Source of the DNA: Deinococcaceae bacterium
GTDB lineage: Bacteria; Deinococcota; Deinococci; Deinococcales; Trueperaceae
DNA: 36,815 nucleotides
Direction: 5' to 3'
Assembly (NCBI GenBank): GCA_040256005.1
Contig: JBDZWC010000012.1
Location: forward strand, 1 to 36,815
Shown: positions 1-9,167 of the stretch, piece after piece
Numbering within the stretch: the stretch's first letter is position 1
Layout of the letters: the number at the start of each line of letters is the position of its first letter
The notes under the pieces: generated by a model
Told to the model about the DNA's origin: nothing
Seen by the model: only the letters and a program-made list of their open reading frames with translations
Database searches by the model: none
Position numbers and translations under genes: made by a program

Positions 1-2386
1 TGATGGGATCCAGATCGATGTCGCCGGACTGGGCCAGCGTGTCTCCGGAGTAGGTGACGAAGCCCTGCAGCGTGGCGAGGTCCGTGTTGGTGCCCCAGAC
101 GTTGTTCTCAGCGTCGATGGTGCTACCGATGTTGTTGAGCTCGGCGACCTCTGGGGCCGCGTCGATGTCCATGTCGAAGACGTTGTCGTTGATGGCGGCG
201 TCGATGCCAAGGGCGCCGGCGTTGATGTCCTGGAAGTACAGGGCGTTGGCGTAACCGCTGAAGGTGTTGCCGGTGGCGGTCAGGGCGATCTGGTTGGTGG
301 ACACCATGGCTGCCAGGGCGACGGAACCCGGTCCCACCATGCCGGTCGCGGTGAAGGCGTTGTTCGTGACGGTGGCCACTCCCACGTCCGCGAGGATGAA
401 GGCTTTGTCGTTGGGGCCCACATGCTCGACGTCGTTGTCCGCGAACGCGACCACCGAACCTGCGTCTCCGTCGATGATCAACCCATCGCCGTCGAGCTTG
501 AAGGTGTTGCCAGCGACGTCCAACGTGCCGCCGTCCATCGTGATGTTCGTTAGGCCGTCCGAGATCAGGGAGTTCGAAGCGACGGTGATGTGGTCGCTGG
601 TCGAAAGGGTCAACATGATCACTGACCCGGCTGCCCCGGTGGCAACCACTTCGTTCCCCACGATGTCGACGGTCTGTGCCGGGTCATCCGAGATGCAACC
701 GATGAGGACGGTATTGGTGTTCGCGTCGCTCGGGTCGTCCATGGTGACGTGGTTGTCGGCGATCTCGCAACTTCCAGCCGAGCCGCCCATGACGAGGATC
801 CCAGCCGTCGAAGCGTCGTGCGTGAAGGTGTTCCCCGCGATGCGCAGGGCTCCGCCCGCGAGATCGTTGCTGACGACCATCATCACGCCGTTCGTCGACA
901 AGTGGTTGTCCTCGGCCACTACGACGCCTTCCAGGGGAACGGAGACGACGATCTGCCCTGTCGCTACATCGCCAGCCGAGATCGTGTTGGCCTGGAGCAC
1001 CACGTCGCCATCGCCACCATCGAAGGCCAGCACGAACTGTTGCGACGAGGAGATCGTGTTGCCGGTGAGGACGATGCGGTCGCGGAGGCTGGTGCTTGGC
1101 ACAGAGATGAGCAGGTCCGCGGGCCGGTAGTTGACTGGGTCCTCGGACTCGAAGATGCCGACACGGATGTCCTGGTTGCCGGTCAACTCGACGTCGCCCT
1201 CGCCCGAGGCGCTCGCCATGGTCTGGATGACCAAGCCGTCGTGGGCGCGAATCAGTGGATTGTTCTCCAGCCTGATCGGAGCCACGGCCGTGATGATCAT
1301 CAGCCGGCCGGCGTCGGTGCCATCGGCGAAGTCCGCGTCGAGGGTGCGGACGGTGCTTTCGATGATCTCGATGGGCCCGCCGACCGGCAATCCCGAACCG
1401 AGCATCTGGGCGTTCGCCGCTCCCAGGATCTGGAGGTTGCCGTCGGAGGTCTCCACCGTGGAGCCTTGTATCTTGAGGCCCGTGTTCGCCGCGAGGAGGC
1501 CCTCCGTGCCGGTCAGTTCGGAATCGATCAGGTCGACTCCCCCGGTGAAGGAACCGGCCTCGAAGGCGAGGGCTGTGACCTGCGACCGCTCGATCGTCAG
1601 GTCACCGTTGGTCAACATCCCGAACAGGCCCTGCTCCAGGTCGAGGACGGAGTCGCGGATAGTCACGTCGACGTTGGGCGGGGTCCCGAAACCTCCGCCC
1701 CAGATCACGGGAGTGGTCTGATCGAACGTTACGCGCTCCAACGTGATCCGAGGGAGGCTGCCTGCAGCCGGTACCACTGTGTCCGAGACGGTGCCTTGTA
1801 GGAAGGACATGCTGTCCCCGACCAACGTCAGGTCCGCAACCGTCACCGCTTCTCCGAAGCGAGCCAGGACGACCGCGGACGGCGAGCTCGGTAGCTGCAG
1901 GGTGGTCTCGTCCTGCCCACGGCCGTAGATGTCTTTGTTGTCGACGATAAGTCGCGCTGGCATGGCGGTCAGGTCGTAGTCTTCCGCCTCCAGCAGCACG
2001 GCCGTTCCCAGGTCCAAGCCGTCGAGGAAGCTTTGCAACTCCGGCCCGGTGCCGCCGAACTCCACGCCCACGAACAGGTCCGGTACCGAGGAGGTTCCGC
2101 CGGCGGTGGTGACCGTGACGTCTTGCCAGGCGTTCTTCGTCGCTTCCGGGACGGTGGCTTCGATCGTGGTGTCGGTCCAGTCGATGACGGCGGCGTCCAC
2201 GCCGCCGACGCTCAGCGTGCCGGGCGTAGTGCCGAAACGCGTACCTGTGACCGTGATCGTCTCTCCGCGTGCCGCGATCGTCGGCGACACGGTGTTGGCC
2301 TGCGGCGCGAGCGGCCCGCTGGGCCCTCCGCAGGCGGCGAGCAAGACCACACTGCAGATCGTGGCCAGTCTGAGCAACTGCCGCAT
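1..2386 (-). CDS. Large secreted lipoprotein with an N-terminal IPT/TIG domain and right-handed beta-helix repeats (3' end runs off the window, >795 aa)
   Basis: Translated by hand because it is not in the ORF track (no stop in the window). ATG at 2386 follows an AAGGAG SD. MRQLLRLATICSVVLLAAC contains a lipobox; GETITVTGTRFGTTPGTLSVGG..WTDTTIEATVP is IPT/TIG-like. Repeated GNTF/NTI/DNH/NNAF turns and a C-terminal IDAENNVWG. The frame is open to base 2. Confidence 0.85.
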   Translation of the reverse strand, partial: MRQLLRLATICSVVLLAACGGPSGPLAPQANTVSPTIAARGETITVTGTRFGTTPGTLSVGGVDAAVIDWTDTTIEATVPEATKNAWQDVTVTTAGGTSSVPDLFVGVEFGGTGPELQSFLDGLDLGTAVLLEAEDYDLTAMPARLIVDNKDIYGRGQDETTLQLPSSPSAVVLARFGEAVTVADLTLVGDSMSFLQGTVSDTVVPAAGSLPRITLERVTFDQTTPVIWGGGFGTPPNVDVTIRDSVLDLEQGLFGMLTNGDLTIERSQVTALAFEAGSFTGGVDLIDSELTGTEGLLAANTGLKIQGSTVETSDGNLQILGAANAQMLGSGLPVGGPIEIIESTVRTLDADFADGTDAGRLMIITAVAPIRLENNPLIRAHDGLVIQTMASASGEGDVELTGNQDIRVGIFESEDPVNYRPADLLISVPSTSLRDRIVLTGNTISSSQQFVLAFDGGDGDVVLQANTISAGDVATGQIVVSVPLEGVVVAEDNHLSTNGVMMVVSNDLAGGALRIAGNTFTHDASTAGILVMGGSAGSCEIADNHVTMDDPSDANTNTVLIGCISDDPAQTVDIVGNEVVATGAAGSVIMLTLSTSDHITVASNSLISDGLTNITMDGGTLDVAGNTFKLDGDGLIIDGDAGSVVAFADNDVEHVGPNDKAFILADVGVATVTNNAFTATGMVGPGSVALAAMVSTNQIALTATGNTFSGYANALYFQDINAGALGIDAAINDNVFDMDIDAAPEVAELNNIGSTIDAENNVWGTNTDLATLQGFVTYSGDTLAQSGDIDLDPI

Positions 2387-2524
2387 AGAACTCCTTCCAG
2401 GTCGCGAGTCGTCAGACTGTAATGGCCAGGAAACTGTGTGCCCTATGACATATCGAACTAGCCCGCTCTACCGACGGCGCTGTCGCGCTGTCCACAACCT
2501 TCACGGGTTCGACGCTCCTCGCGG

Positions 2525-3532
2525 TCAACCGCCGAGGCAGCGTTCGAGGACCCCCGGCGCCGCGAACGGCACCTCGTTCTCGACACGGGCCCGCAGGTCC
2601 TCCTCGATGGCGATGAGATTAGGCGTCCAGCCGTCGGCCGGCAGCTTCGCCCGCAGAGCCAGCACGAGCTCGGCCTGCCTGAAGCGCAGCGCGAGGTCAA
2701 CGGCGTCGGCGCCGCCCGCCGGGTCCGGAGCGAACCGACGGAAGCCGCGCATGAAGGGCGGCACGAAGGACTCCATCGCCGCTTCGGCCGGCCTGTCGCG
2801 TTGCGACCTGACCGCGTAATAGAGGGGCATAGCCAGGTCGAACGCGTAAGAGCCGTACGCGCAGTCGTCGAAGTCGATCGCGGTGAGCGCACCGGCGTGC
2901 TGCAGAAGGTTGCCGTGGTGCAGGTCGGCGTGGATGAGCCCGATGTCGTCGCCGCTGGCACTCAGCAGTGGCCGTGCCTCGGCCAGCAGCCGGGCGGCCG
3001 CAGCATGGAACACGGGGAACTCCTCGGCCATGTCGCCAAGCCGGCGCAGGTAGGTTTGGTCGCTGAGCGCGTGCCGCCGTGGGCCCGGGGGCGCCCAGGT
3101 GCGGGCATGGGCTTGAAGCCGTCCGAGGAGCTCGCCCCACCGCTCGATCATCGGCTCCGTCCAGTCGGCCGGCCGCGGAGTGGTACCGGGCGCCTGGCGG
3201 TACGCGATGACCAAGTGGCCCGTGCTAGGCAGTTCCTCCACCCACTCGCCTGCCCGTGACCTGATGGGTTCCGAGACGGTGATGTGCTCGCCGATCAGGG
3301 CCAGCAACCAGTCCACCTCGGCCCGGACCTGGTCTACCGTGCGGTGGCCAGGCGGCATGACCTTGAGTACCGAGGGCCCCTCAGGACCGACGTACCGGTA
3401 GACGTCGCTCTCGAAGGCGCCGAGGGAAGCGAGCTCCGAAGCCTCGATCCCATAGAGAGAAGCGGCGACCTGGAGGTGTGATGGCGCCTCGGACGTGCTC
3501 AAGGCTTCCGAACCGGGTGTCGACACTCGCAC
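2525..3532 (-). CDS. Phosphotransferase enzyme family kinase (APH/homoserine kinase type II/YerI-like)
   Basis: HADLHHGN catalytic loop, IDFDD metal motif, VLK and AEVDW motifs. Exact start uncertain. Confidence 0.85.
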   Translation of the reverse strand: MRVSTPGSEALSTSEAPSHLQVAASLYGIEASELASLGAFESDVYRYVGPEGPSVLKVMPPGHRTVDQVRAEVDWLLALIGEHITVSEPIRSRAGEWVEELPSTGHLVIAYRQAPGTTPRPADWTEPMIERWGELLGRLQAHARTWAPPGPRRHALSDQTYLRRLGDMAEEFPVFHAAAARLLAEARPLLSASGDDIGLIHADLHHGNLLQHAGALTAIDFDDCAYGSYAFDLAMPLYYAVRSQRDRPAEAAMESFVPPFMRGFRRFAPDPAGGADAVDLALRFRQAELVLALRAKLPADGWTPNLIAIEEDLRARVENEVPFAAPGVLERCLGG

Positions 3533-3610
3533 TGTTTACCAGGGGACGGGCGGCGGCCGGAAGGTGGTGGCGATAGCGTCCTGGGACTGTACGCTCTCAT
3601 GGCGCAGCCC

Positions 3611-3616
3611 TAAACT
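3611..3616 (+). promoter_or_regulatory. -10 element of a probable leaderless transcript
   Basis: TAAACT lies 6 nt before ATG 3623 and there is no SD. Confidence 0.55.
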
Positions 3617-3622
3617 CCCGGC

Positions 3623-4003
3623 ATGAAGCAGAAAGTCGCAGCCGTTCACCGGGCGCGGTTCGTACTTCCGTCGGTCGCGCTCTTCGCGGTGCTCCTGGGA
3701 GCCTGCGCGCCCACTATCACGATCCAGACCGACGGCGACATCGAACCGGCGGCCATAGTCGTGACGCCGGAGGACACGGGCACGTTCTTGTTCGTCGTCG
3801 TGCCCACTCCTCGGACCGGTGGCGCCTTGGAGGTCGTGCGGGCCGATGGCACGGTGTTCCACATCCCGCCGGGCCATTTCCCGGCGCCCGGCGAATGCCG
3901 CGTGTGGGACCCCGACCTGCCGCCGGGCCGTCAGAGCCCGCCAGGCTCTTGCGACGACCTCGAACGTCAGGTGCCCGCCGGCCACTACCTCGTCTACGGC
4001 TGA
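3623..4003 (+). CDS. Small lipoprotein with a Pro/Cys-rich C-terminal motif, function unknown
   Basis: Hydrophobic signal with LLGAC lipobox; C-terminal HIPPGHFPAPGECRVWDPDLPPGRQSPPGSC. Confidence 0.75.
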   Translation: MKQKVAAVHRARFVLPSVALFAVLLGACAPTITIQTDGDIEPAAIVVTPEDTGTFLFVVVPTPRTGGALEVVRADGTVFHIPPGHFPAPGECRVWDPDLPPGRQSPPGSCDDLERQVPAGHYLVYG

Positions 4004-4011
4004 GGCGAGCG

Positions 4012-4434
4012 ATGATCTCCGTAGACAACTACCTCAACTTCCCAGGCACGGCCAAAGAGGCGTTCGAGTTCTACCGGTCCGTCTTCGGCGGCGACTTCGA
4101 ACAGCACTTCCGCTACGCGGACTACGGCAGCGACTCCGGCTTCGAGCCCGAGGACGCTGACAGGACCGCACACGTCTCGCTGCGGCTCACCGAGACCTTC
4201 GTGCTCATGGGCAGTGACGTGCCCAAGCGCGCCGAGGCCAACCTGCGACCCGGCACCAACGCGTACATCAACCTGAACGTGGGCGAGGAGGAGGAAGCGA
4301 GGCGGCTCTTCGCCGGGCTGTCCGCCGGCGGTCAGGTGGAGAGCCCGCTGGACAAGACAGGGTGGTCGGCGCTCTACGGGAGCTTCACGGACCGCTTCGG
4401 CGTCAGGTGGATGGTCAACTACTGGGCGTCCTAG
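4012..4434 (+). CDS. VOC family protein (PhnB-like)
   Basis: YLNFPGTAKEAFEFYRSVFGG, LMGSD and YGSFTDRFGVRWMVN. Start moved to ATG 4012. Confidence 0.9.
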   Translation: MISVDNYLNFPGTAKEAFEFYRSVFGGDFEQHFRYADYGSDSGFEPEDADRTAHVSLRLTETFVLMGSDVPKRAEANLRPGTNAYINLNVGEEEEARRLFAGLSAGGQVESPLDKTGWSALYGSFTDRFGVRWMVNYWAS

Positions 4435-5414
4435 TTAGAACCTGTCCCCGGGGTTGCCAGACCTGGGCCGTCCCAGCCCTGCAACACGCGCGCGAAGACG
4501 TCGGCGGACACGTTCCCGCCTGACGCGATAAGGACCGTGGGTCCCAGACTCTCGGCTTGCTCGACCTCCGCGACCTGCGCCAGGAACGCGCCCAGAGTGA
4601 CCGCTCCCGCGCCCTCCAACACCATGCGGTGGTGGGCGAAGGCATGGCGCATGGCGGCGGCGATCGCGCTCTCTTCGACCAGCACGATGTCGTCGACGAG
4701 CTCCTGGACCGCTCGCAAGGTGTAGCGGTTGTCGGGGCCCAGCCCGCCCTGCAGGCTGTCGGCCAAGGTATCGGCCTCCGGCATCTCGAGTGGCTCGCCC
4801 GCACGCAGGCTCGCGTGCATCACGGCACCGGCCGCCATCGAGACGCCGACTACGCGGATGGCCGGGTCGGCAGACTTGACCGCCAGAGCGATCCCTGCGA
4901 TGAGGCCGCCACCGGAGAGCGGCACGAGCACGGTCCGTACGTCCGGCACGTCTTCGACGATCTCCAGGCCCAGCGTGCCCTGGCCGGCGATCACGTCTGG
5001 ATGGTCGAAAGGAGGAATCAGGTAACTGTCGTGCGCGGAAGCGTGCTCTCTGGCCGCGTCCTCGGCCTCGTCCTGTGAAGCGCCGTGAACAAGCACTCTC
5101 GCCCCCACGCCGCGAAGGGCGGCGAGCTTGTCCTCTGGCACGCGAGACGACACGAAGACGGTGGCCGTGGCGCCCAGCTCGCGCGCCACGTACGCGACGG
5201 CTCGTCCATGATTGCCGGTGGACACCGCGACCACTCCGCGCGAGAGCTGCTCTGACGATAGCGACAGGAGGGCGTTGCTCGCTCCGCGCACCTTGAAGGC
5301 GCCCGTGGGCTGGACCGTCTCGTCGGCGATGTAGACGTCGGGTCCCAGTTCGTCTGCCCGCCGCATGAGTGCCCGTCTCGCCACGCCCGTCACGCGGCGC
5401 CGCGCCAGCCACAC
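4431..5414 (-). CDS. eutB: Hydroxyectoine utilization dehydratase EutB-like (fold-type II PLP, threonine dehydratase family); true start probably slightly upstream
   Basis: QPTGAFKVRGA (PLP Lys), STGNHG, PLSGGGL, TLADSLQGG and SGGN motifs; lies directly downstream of ehuD. Confidence 0.8.
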   Translation of the reverse strand: MWLARRRVTGVARRALMRRADELGPDVYIADETVQPTGAFKVRGASNALLSLSSEQLSRGVVAVSTGNHGRAVAYVARELGATATVFVSSRVPEDKLAALRGVGARVLVHGASQDEAEDAAREHASAHDSYLIPPFDHPDVIAGQGTLGLEIVEDVPDVRTVLVPLSGGGLIAGIALAVKSADPAIRVVGVSMAAGAVMHASLRAGEPLEMPEADTLADSLQGGLGPDNRYTLRAVQELVDDIVLVEESAIAAAMRHAFAHHRMVLEGAGAVTLGAFLAQVAEVEQAESLGPTVLIASGGNVSADVFARVLQGWDGPGLATPGTGSN

Positions 5415-5475
5415 GTCGCGGGGCGTGGGAGCCTTCAGTTCACGCGCCCCTCTCGAACGCGCCTCGTGGGAACCC

Positions 5476-6168
5476 TCATCTGAGTGGTATCCCAGCCTTG
5501 GGCAGGCGAGCCTCCACGAACCGCACCAGCGTCGAGGAGACCAAGGTCACGACCAGGAACATGCCGCCGACCATGGTCAGGGGCACGAAGTACCTGAACG
5601 TGCGGTCGCCGATGATGTTCGCCACGTTGAGCATCTCCATCACGGTGACGGCCGAGAGGATGGCCGTGTCCTTGAGCATCGACACCAGGTAGTTGCCGAG
5701 GGCCGGCACGATGCGAGGTATCGCCTGCGGGATCACGACGTCGCGGAAGGTCAGGAGTGCGGGCATGTTGAGGGCGATGGCGGCGTTCCATTGACCGCGT
5801 GGCACGGCCTGGATGCCGGCGCGGTAGACCTCGGCCGTGTAGCCGCAGTACTGCAGGCCGAGCGCTATGGCGCCGGTGAGGAACGCTGGGAAGACGATGC
5901 CGAAGTCGGGGAGCACGAAGTAGAGGAAGTAGAGCTGCACCAGGAGCGGCGTGTTCCTCACGAACTCGAGGAAGAAGGCCACCGGCCAAGAGACGATCTT
6001 GAGCGGCACCATGCGCAGCAGCGCGAAGACCAGGCCCAGGACGAGGGCGATCACGAAGCCGAGCGCCGTGGCCTGGAGGGTCACCCACAGGCCCTTGAGG
6101 AGAATCGGGAAGATGGAGATCGCGAAGGCTAGGTCGGTGCTGGTGTCCCATTCGATACCGAAGAGCAT
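5476..6168 (-). CDS. ehuD: Ectoine/hydroxyectoine ABC transporter permease EhuD
   Basis: Polar amino acid permease (EFVRNTPLLVQLYFLY, AEVYRAGI, GNYLVSMLKDT); second permease of an ehuABCD arrangement. Confidence 0.85.
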   Translation of the reverse strand: MLFGIEWDTSTDLAFAISIFPILLKGLWVTLQATALGFVIALVLGLVFALLRMVPLKIVSWPVAFFLEFVRNTPLLVQLYFLYFVLPDFGIVFPAFLTGAIALGLQYCGYTAEVYRAGIQAVPRGQWNAAIALNMPALLTFRDVVIPQAIPRIVPALGNYLVSMLKDTAILSAVTVMEMLNVANIIGDRTFRYFVPLTMVGGMFLVVTLVSSTLVRFVEARLPKAGIPLR

Positions 6169-6839
6169 CAGCCGCGCGCCCTCTCCTGAGCGACGCCCAC
6201 CCGGTACGCGATCACGCGCTCGAGCCAGCGCATGGCGGCGATGAAGACCAGTGCCAGCAAGAAGTAGATGACGAGGGTGGCGGTGAAGGCCGGGATGGAC
6301 TCATGCGTCAGGTTCCTCACCGTCTGCGCTGCGAACGTCAGGTCGGTGAGCGTGATCAGGGAGACCAGGGCCGTGTCCTTGAGGTTCTGAACGACGAGGT
6401 TCCCGAACGGCGGCATCATCTCGACGAGAGCTTGCGGCAGGATCACGTTCCAGAGCGTGTAGCGCTTCGTGAAGTTCACTGCCGTGGCCGCCTCGTACTG
6501 ACCCACCGGCACCGCCTGGATCGCGCCGCGCACGACCTCTGCCCCGTAAGCGCCGATATTCAGCGATAGCGCTGCCACGCCTGCCACGTACGGGTCGAGG
6601 CTGATGCCGATGAGGGGGAGGGCGAAGAACAGCCAGAACATCTGCACGAGCAGCGAAGTGCCCCTGAATATCTCGATATAGACGACAGATAGGCCCTTGA
6701 TGAGCCAGTTGGACGATAGCTTCCCGATCCCGGCCGCGAAGGCCAGTACGCCACCCAGCACGGTCGATATGAGCGCCAACTGCACCGTGACGACCGTGCC
6801 GCGCAGCAGCGGAGCGAGGAGTTGACGCAGGTCCTCCAT
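6168..6839 (-). CDS. ehuC: Ectoine/hydroxyectoine ABC transporter permease EhuC
   Basis: YIEIFRGTSLLVQMFW, LNIGAYGAEVVRGA and MMPPFGN motifs; AAGGAGG SD. Confidence 0.85.
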   Translation of the reverse strand: MEDLRQLLAPLLRGTVVTVQLALISTVLGGVLAFAAGIGKLSSNWLIKGLSVVYIEIFRGTSLLVQMFWLFFALPLIGISLDPYVAGVAALSLNIGAYGAEVVRGAIQAVPVGQYEAATAVNFTKRYTLWNVILPQALVEMMPPFGNLVVQNLKDTALVSLITLTDLTFAAQTVRNLTHESIPAFTATLVIYFLLALVFIAAMRWLERVIAYRVGVAQERARG

Positions 6840-6873
6840 CAGCCCTCCTTAAGCCATGGAGTCAGATAGCGCC

Positions 6874-6900
6874 CGGGGGGCCGGTCGAGCCGGTCCCCCG
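6874..6900 (-). terminator. GC-rich hairpin between ehuB and ehuC (partial terminator or mRNA stabiliser)
   Basis: Inverted repeat CGGGGGGCCGG/CCGGTCCCCCG immediately after the binding-protein gene. Confidence 0.5.
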
Positions 6901-6912
6901 AGCCAGAGCGGC

Positions 6913-7761
6913 TTATTCGGCCGCGCAGAGGGCCTCGGTGCTGGCGCCCAGGGCCGCATCGATGTCGGTGTCGGTCAGCCCGTGGCTGTGCAAGATGTCG
7001 CGGTACTCCTGTGTCTCCTGGAAAGCCGCGAGCTCGGTGTTGAACGCCTCGAGGAACTCGGCGTCGTCCTGGCTGAACGTGAACGCCCCGTAGGAGCGGA
7101 CGGGCTCACCGTCTACCACTGGATCTTCGAACGGCTGGGCTGGCTCGACGCGGTCGTTGCCTTCGGCGAGGCCCACGACCGTCAGGCCGGTGGCGCCGTA
7201 CGCGTCGATGCGTCCTGCCGTCAGAGCGGAGGGCGCGTCGGCGTTGGCGTTGAGCGGCACGATCTGGCTCTCGTCGAGCCCGTACGCCTGGGCGAAGTCG
7301 AGCTGGTCTGCGCCAGACACGATGCCAAGCTTGAGATCAGGGTTGTCGACGAAGTCCTGGTACGAGTGGATGTCCTTGGGGTTGCCCGCAGCCACGAGGA
7401 AGCCCTCGCCGTAGCTCGAGTTGATCTTCGAGAAGCTGACCTGCTCGCAGCGAGCCGGCAGCACGGCCTGGCTGGCCGCGACCAGATCGAAGCGGTTGGC
7501 GATCAGACCCGGGATCAGCGAGCCGAACTCGGTGACCGTCCACTCGATGTCGGTGATGCCCATGTTGGCGAGCACGGCTTCTGCTACGTCGGGGCCGATG
7601 CCCTGAGCCTCACCGTTCTCGACCCAGCCGTAAGGGATCTCGTTGGCTGTGGCGATCGTGATGCCGTTCTGTTGGAAATCTTCCACCGCCGACTGGGCGA
7701 AGCCGAAGCTCAGCGCCGCTGTCGCGACCAGTAGAAGTCCGTTACGCAGTGCGCGTTTCAC
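6913..7761 (-). CDS. ehuB: Ectoine/hydroxyectoine ABC transporter substrate-binding protein EhuB
   Basis: Signal peptide ending FGFAQ; ANEIPYG, EFGSLIPGL, RCEQVSFS and GNPKDIHSYQD are characteristic of EhuB; GGAGG SD and GTG start. Confidence 0.85.
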   Translation of the reverse strand: MKRALRNGLLLVATAALSFGFAQSAVEDFQQNGITIATANEIPYGWVENGEAQGIGPDVAEAVLANMGITDIEWTVTEFGSLIPGLIANRFDLVAASQAVLPARCEQVSFSKINSSYGEGFLVAAGNPKDIHSYQDFVDNPDLKLGIVSGADQLDFAQAYGLDESQIVPLNANADAPSALTAGRIDAYGATGLTVVGLAEGNDRVEPAQPFEDPVVDGEPVRSYGAFTFSQDDAEFLEAFNTELAAFQETQEYRDILHSHGLTDTDIDAALGASTEALCAAE

Positions 7762-7980
7762 GTGGTTTACCTCCGATGTGCCTGGACGATGCGCGACGAT
7801 TCCGTTGCCGCGCGTGGTTACTCGCGGGACGATCCCGGTGGGGACGGCCCCGCGAGACGGGCCGACGAACGCTCCCGAGACCTCGGGCTCGCGTGCCTTC
7901 GCATGTTTCCCTCCTCTCCGTCGATACTTCGGTTGGTGGCCTAGGTGGTTCGCGCGGTGGATGGGTCGTGGGGTCTTCGG

Positions 7981-8844
7981 TCAGTGGGACAGGACGGCTC
8001 TGAGGAACTCCTGGGTCCTCGGGTTCTCCGGGTCGGAGAAGATCTTCGAGGGTGGACCCTCCTCGGCGACGCTGCCCTTGTCGAAGAAGATGACGCGGTC
8101 AGCGACGTCCCGCGCGAAGCCCATCTCGTGCGTGACGATCAGCATGGTCATCTGCGTTTCGTGGGCCAGCTTGCGGAGGATGCCGAGCACCTCGCCCACG
8201 AGCTCAGGGTCCAACGCGCTGGTGACCTCGTCGAAGAGCATCACCTTGGGCTCCATGGCCAAGGCCCGGGCGATGGCGACCCTCTGCTTCTGCCCACCGG
8301 ACAGCTGGCCTGGGAACTGCTCGAGCTTGTCGCCCAACCCGACCATGTCCAGGAGCTCGCGACCCCTCTCCTTGGCCTCCGCGCGCGGCATCCCCTTGAC
8401 GTGGATCGGCGCCTCGGTGACGTTGCGCAGCACGCTCATGTTCGGGAAGAGGTTGAAATGCTGGAAGACCATGCCGATGTCGCTGCGCACGGCATGCAGA
8501 TGCCTCTCGTTGGCCGGGATCTCCTTGCCGTCGACGACTCGGTGCCACAGCGGCCTGCCGTCGACGTAGACCCTCCCGCTGTCTGGTTTCACGAGGGTCA
8601 TGAGCACTCTGAGGATCGTCGTCTTGCCTGATCCGCTCGGCCCGATGATCGCGACCTTCTCGTTCTCGGCTGCCTGGAAGTCGAGGTCGTCGAGTACGAC
8701 GAGGTCCCCGTAGGTCTTGCGCACCTTCTCGAAGCGGACCATGGGCTTGGCGTCCTCGAACCGGCGAGCCAGCGGCTCCTCGGCCGTCGCCATCGCGCCG
8801 GTACCGGCGGCATCCGTGCTATCGGGAGGTCGTGATGAGGTCAC
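7981..8844 (-). CDS. ehuA: Ectoine/hydroxyectoine ABC transporter ATP-binding protein EhuA
   Basis: Walker [30 protein letters not shown] and the EhuA-type insert [18 protein letters not shown]. Confidence 0.9.
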   Translation of the reverse strand: MTSSRPPDSTDAAGTGAMATAEEPLARRFEDAKPMVRFEKVRKTYGDLVVLDDLDFQAAENEKVAIIGPSGSGKTTILRVLMTLVKPDSGRVYVDGRPLWHRVVDGKEIPANERHLHAVRSDIGMVFQHFNLFPNMSVLRNVTEAPIHVKGMPRAEAKERGRELLDMVGLGDKLEQFPGQLSGGQKQRVAIARALAMEPKVMLFDEVTSALDPELVGEVLGILRKLAHETQMTMLIVTHEMGFARDVADRVIFFDKGSVAEEGPPSKIFSDPENPRTQEFLRAVLSH

Positions 8845-9037
8845 AGGTCTCCTCGGCTGGTCGGGTGGAGCGCAACTAGGGGCGTGCGCGCCTGGCGGTC
8901 GCGACAGCGCATCTCGGCTCTCGCCGATGCCTCGGCGTGGGCCGTGGCGCGTCGCGTCTGTCGGTGCCGACTTGAGGGCAGTAGTGTACGCGCTGCCGCG
9001 CAGCCCGGGGACGCCGGCACCCCTGGCTCGGTCGTGC

Positions 9038-9065
9038 AGGGTAACAAGCTCGGCGGTGTCGTCAA
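9038..9065 (-). promoter_or_regulatory. Sigma70-type promoter for ehuABCD-eutB
   Basis: TTGACG-N16-TACCCT with a TGn extended -10, about 190 nt upstream of ehuA. Confidence 0.55.
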
Positions 9066-9167
9066 GTGCGCACTGTGACCTGTCCTCACGTTCACCACCA
9101 TCCTTCCCGTCAGCGCCGGGACTTCAGCGGTCCTTCATGACGTCGGTATGGCGGACGGTTTCCTGCC

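Noticed and set aside
54..2819. Long plus-strand ORFs (264..1130, 749..1801, 1131..1721, 2049..2819)
   Set aside because: Antisense shadows of the real minus-strand lipoprotein and kinase genes, typical of high-GC DNA.
2525..3532. Aminoglycoside resistance gene
   Set aside because: Only generic APH-fold motifs are visible; there is no mobile context and no basis for assigning a substrate.
4431..4434. Convergent genes sharing a CTAG double stop
   Set aside because: A common compact arrangement with no functional implication.
8995..9030. CCAGGGGTGCC...GGCTG resembling the start of a TPP riboswitch
   Set aside because: Lacks CUGAGA and the downstream ACCUGA...AGCG core, and the context is unrelated to thiamine.
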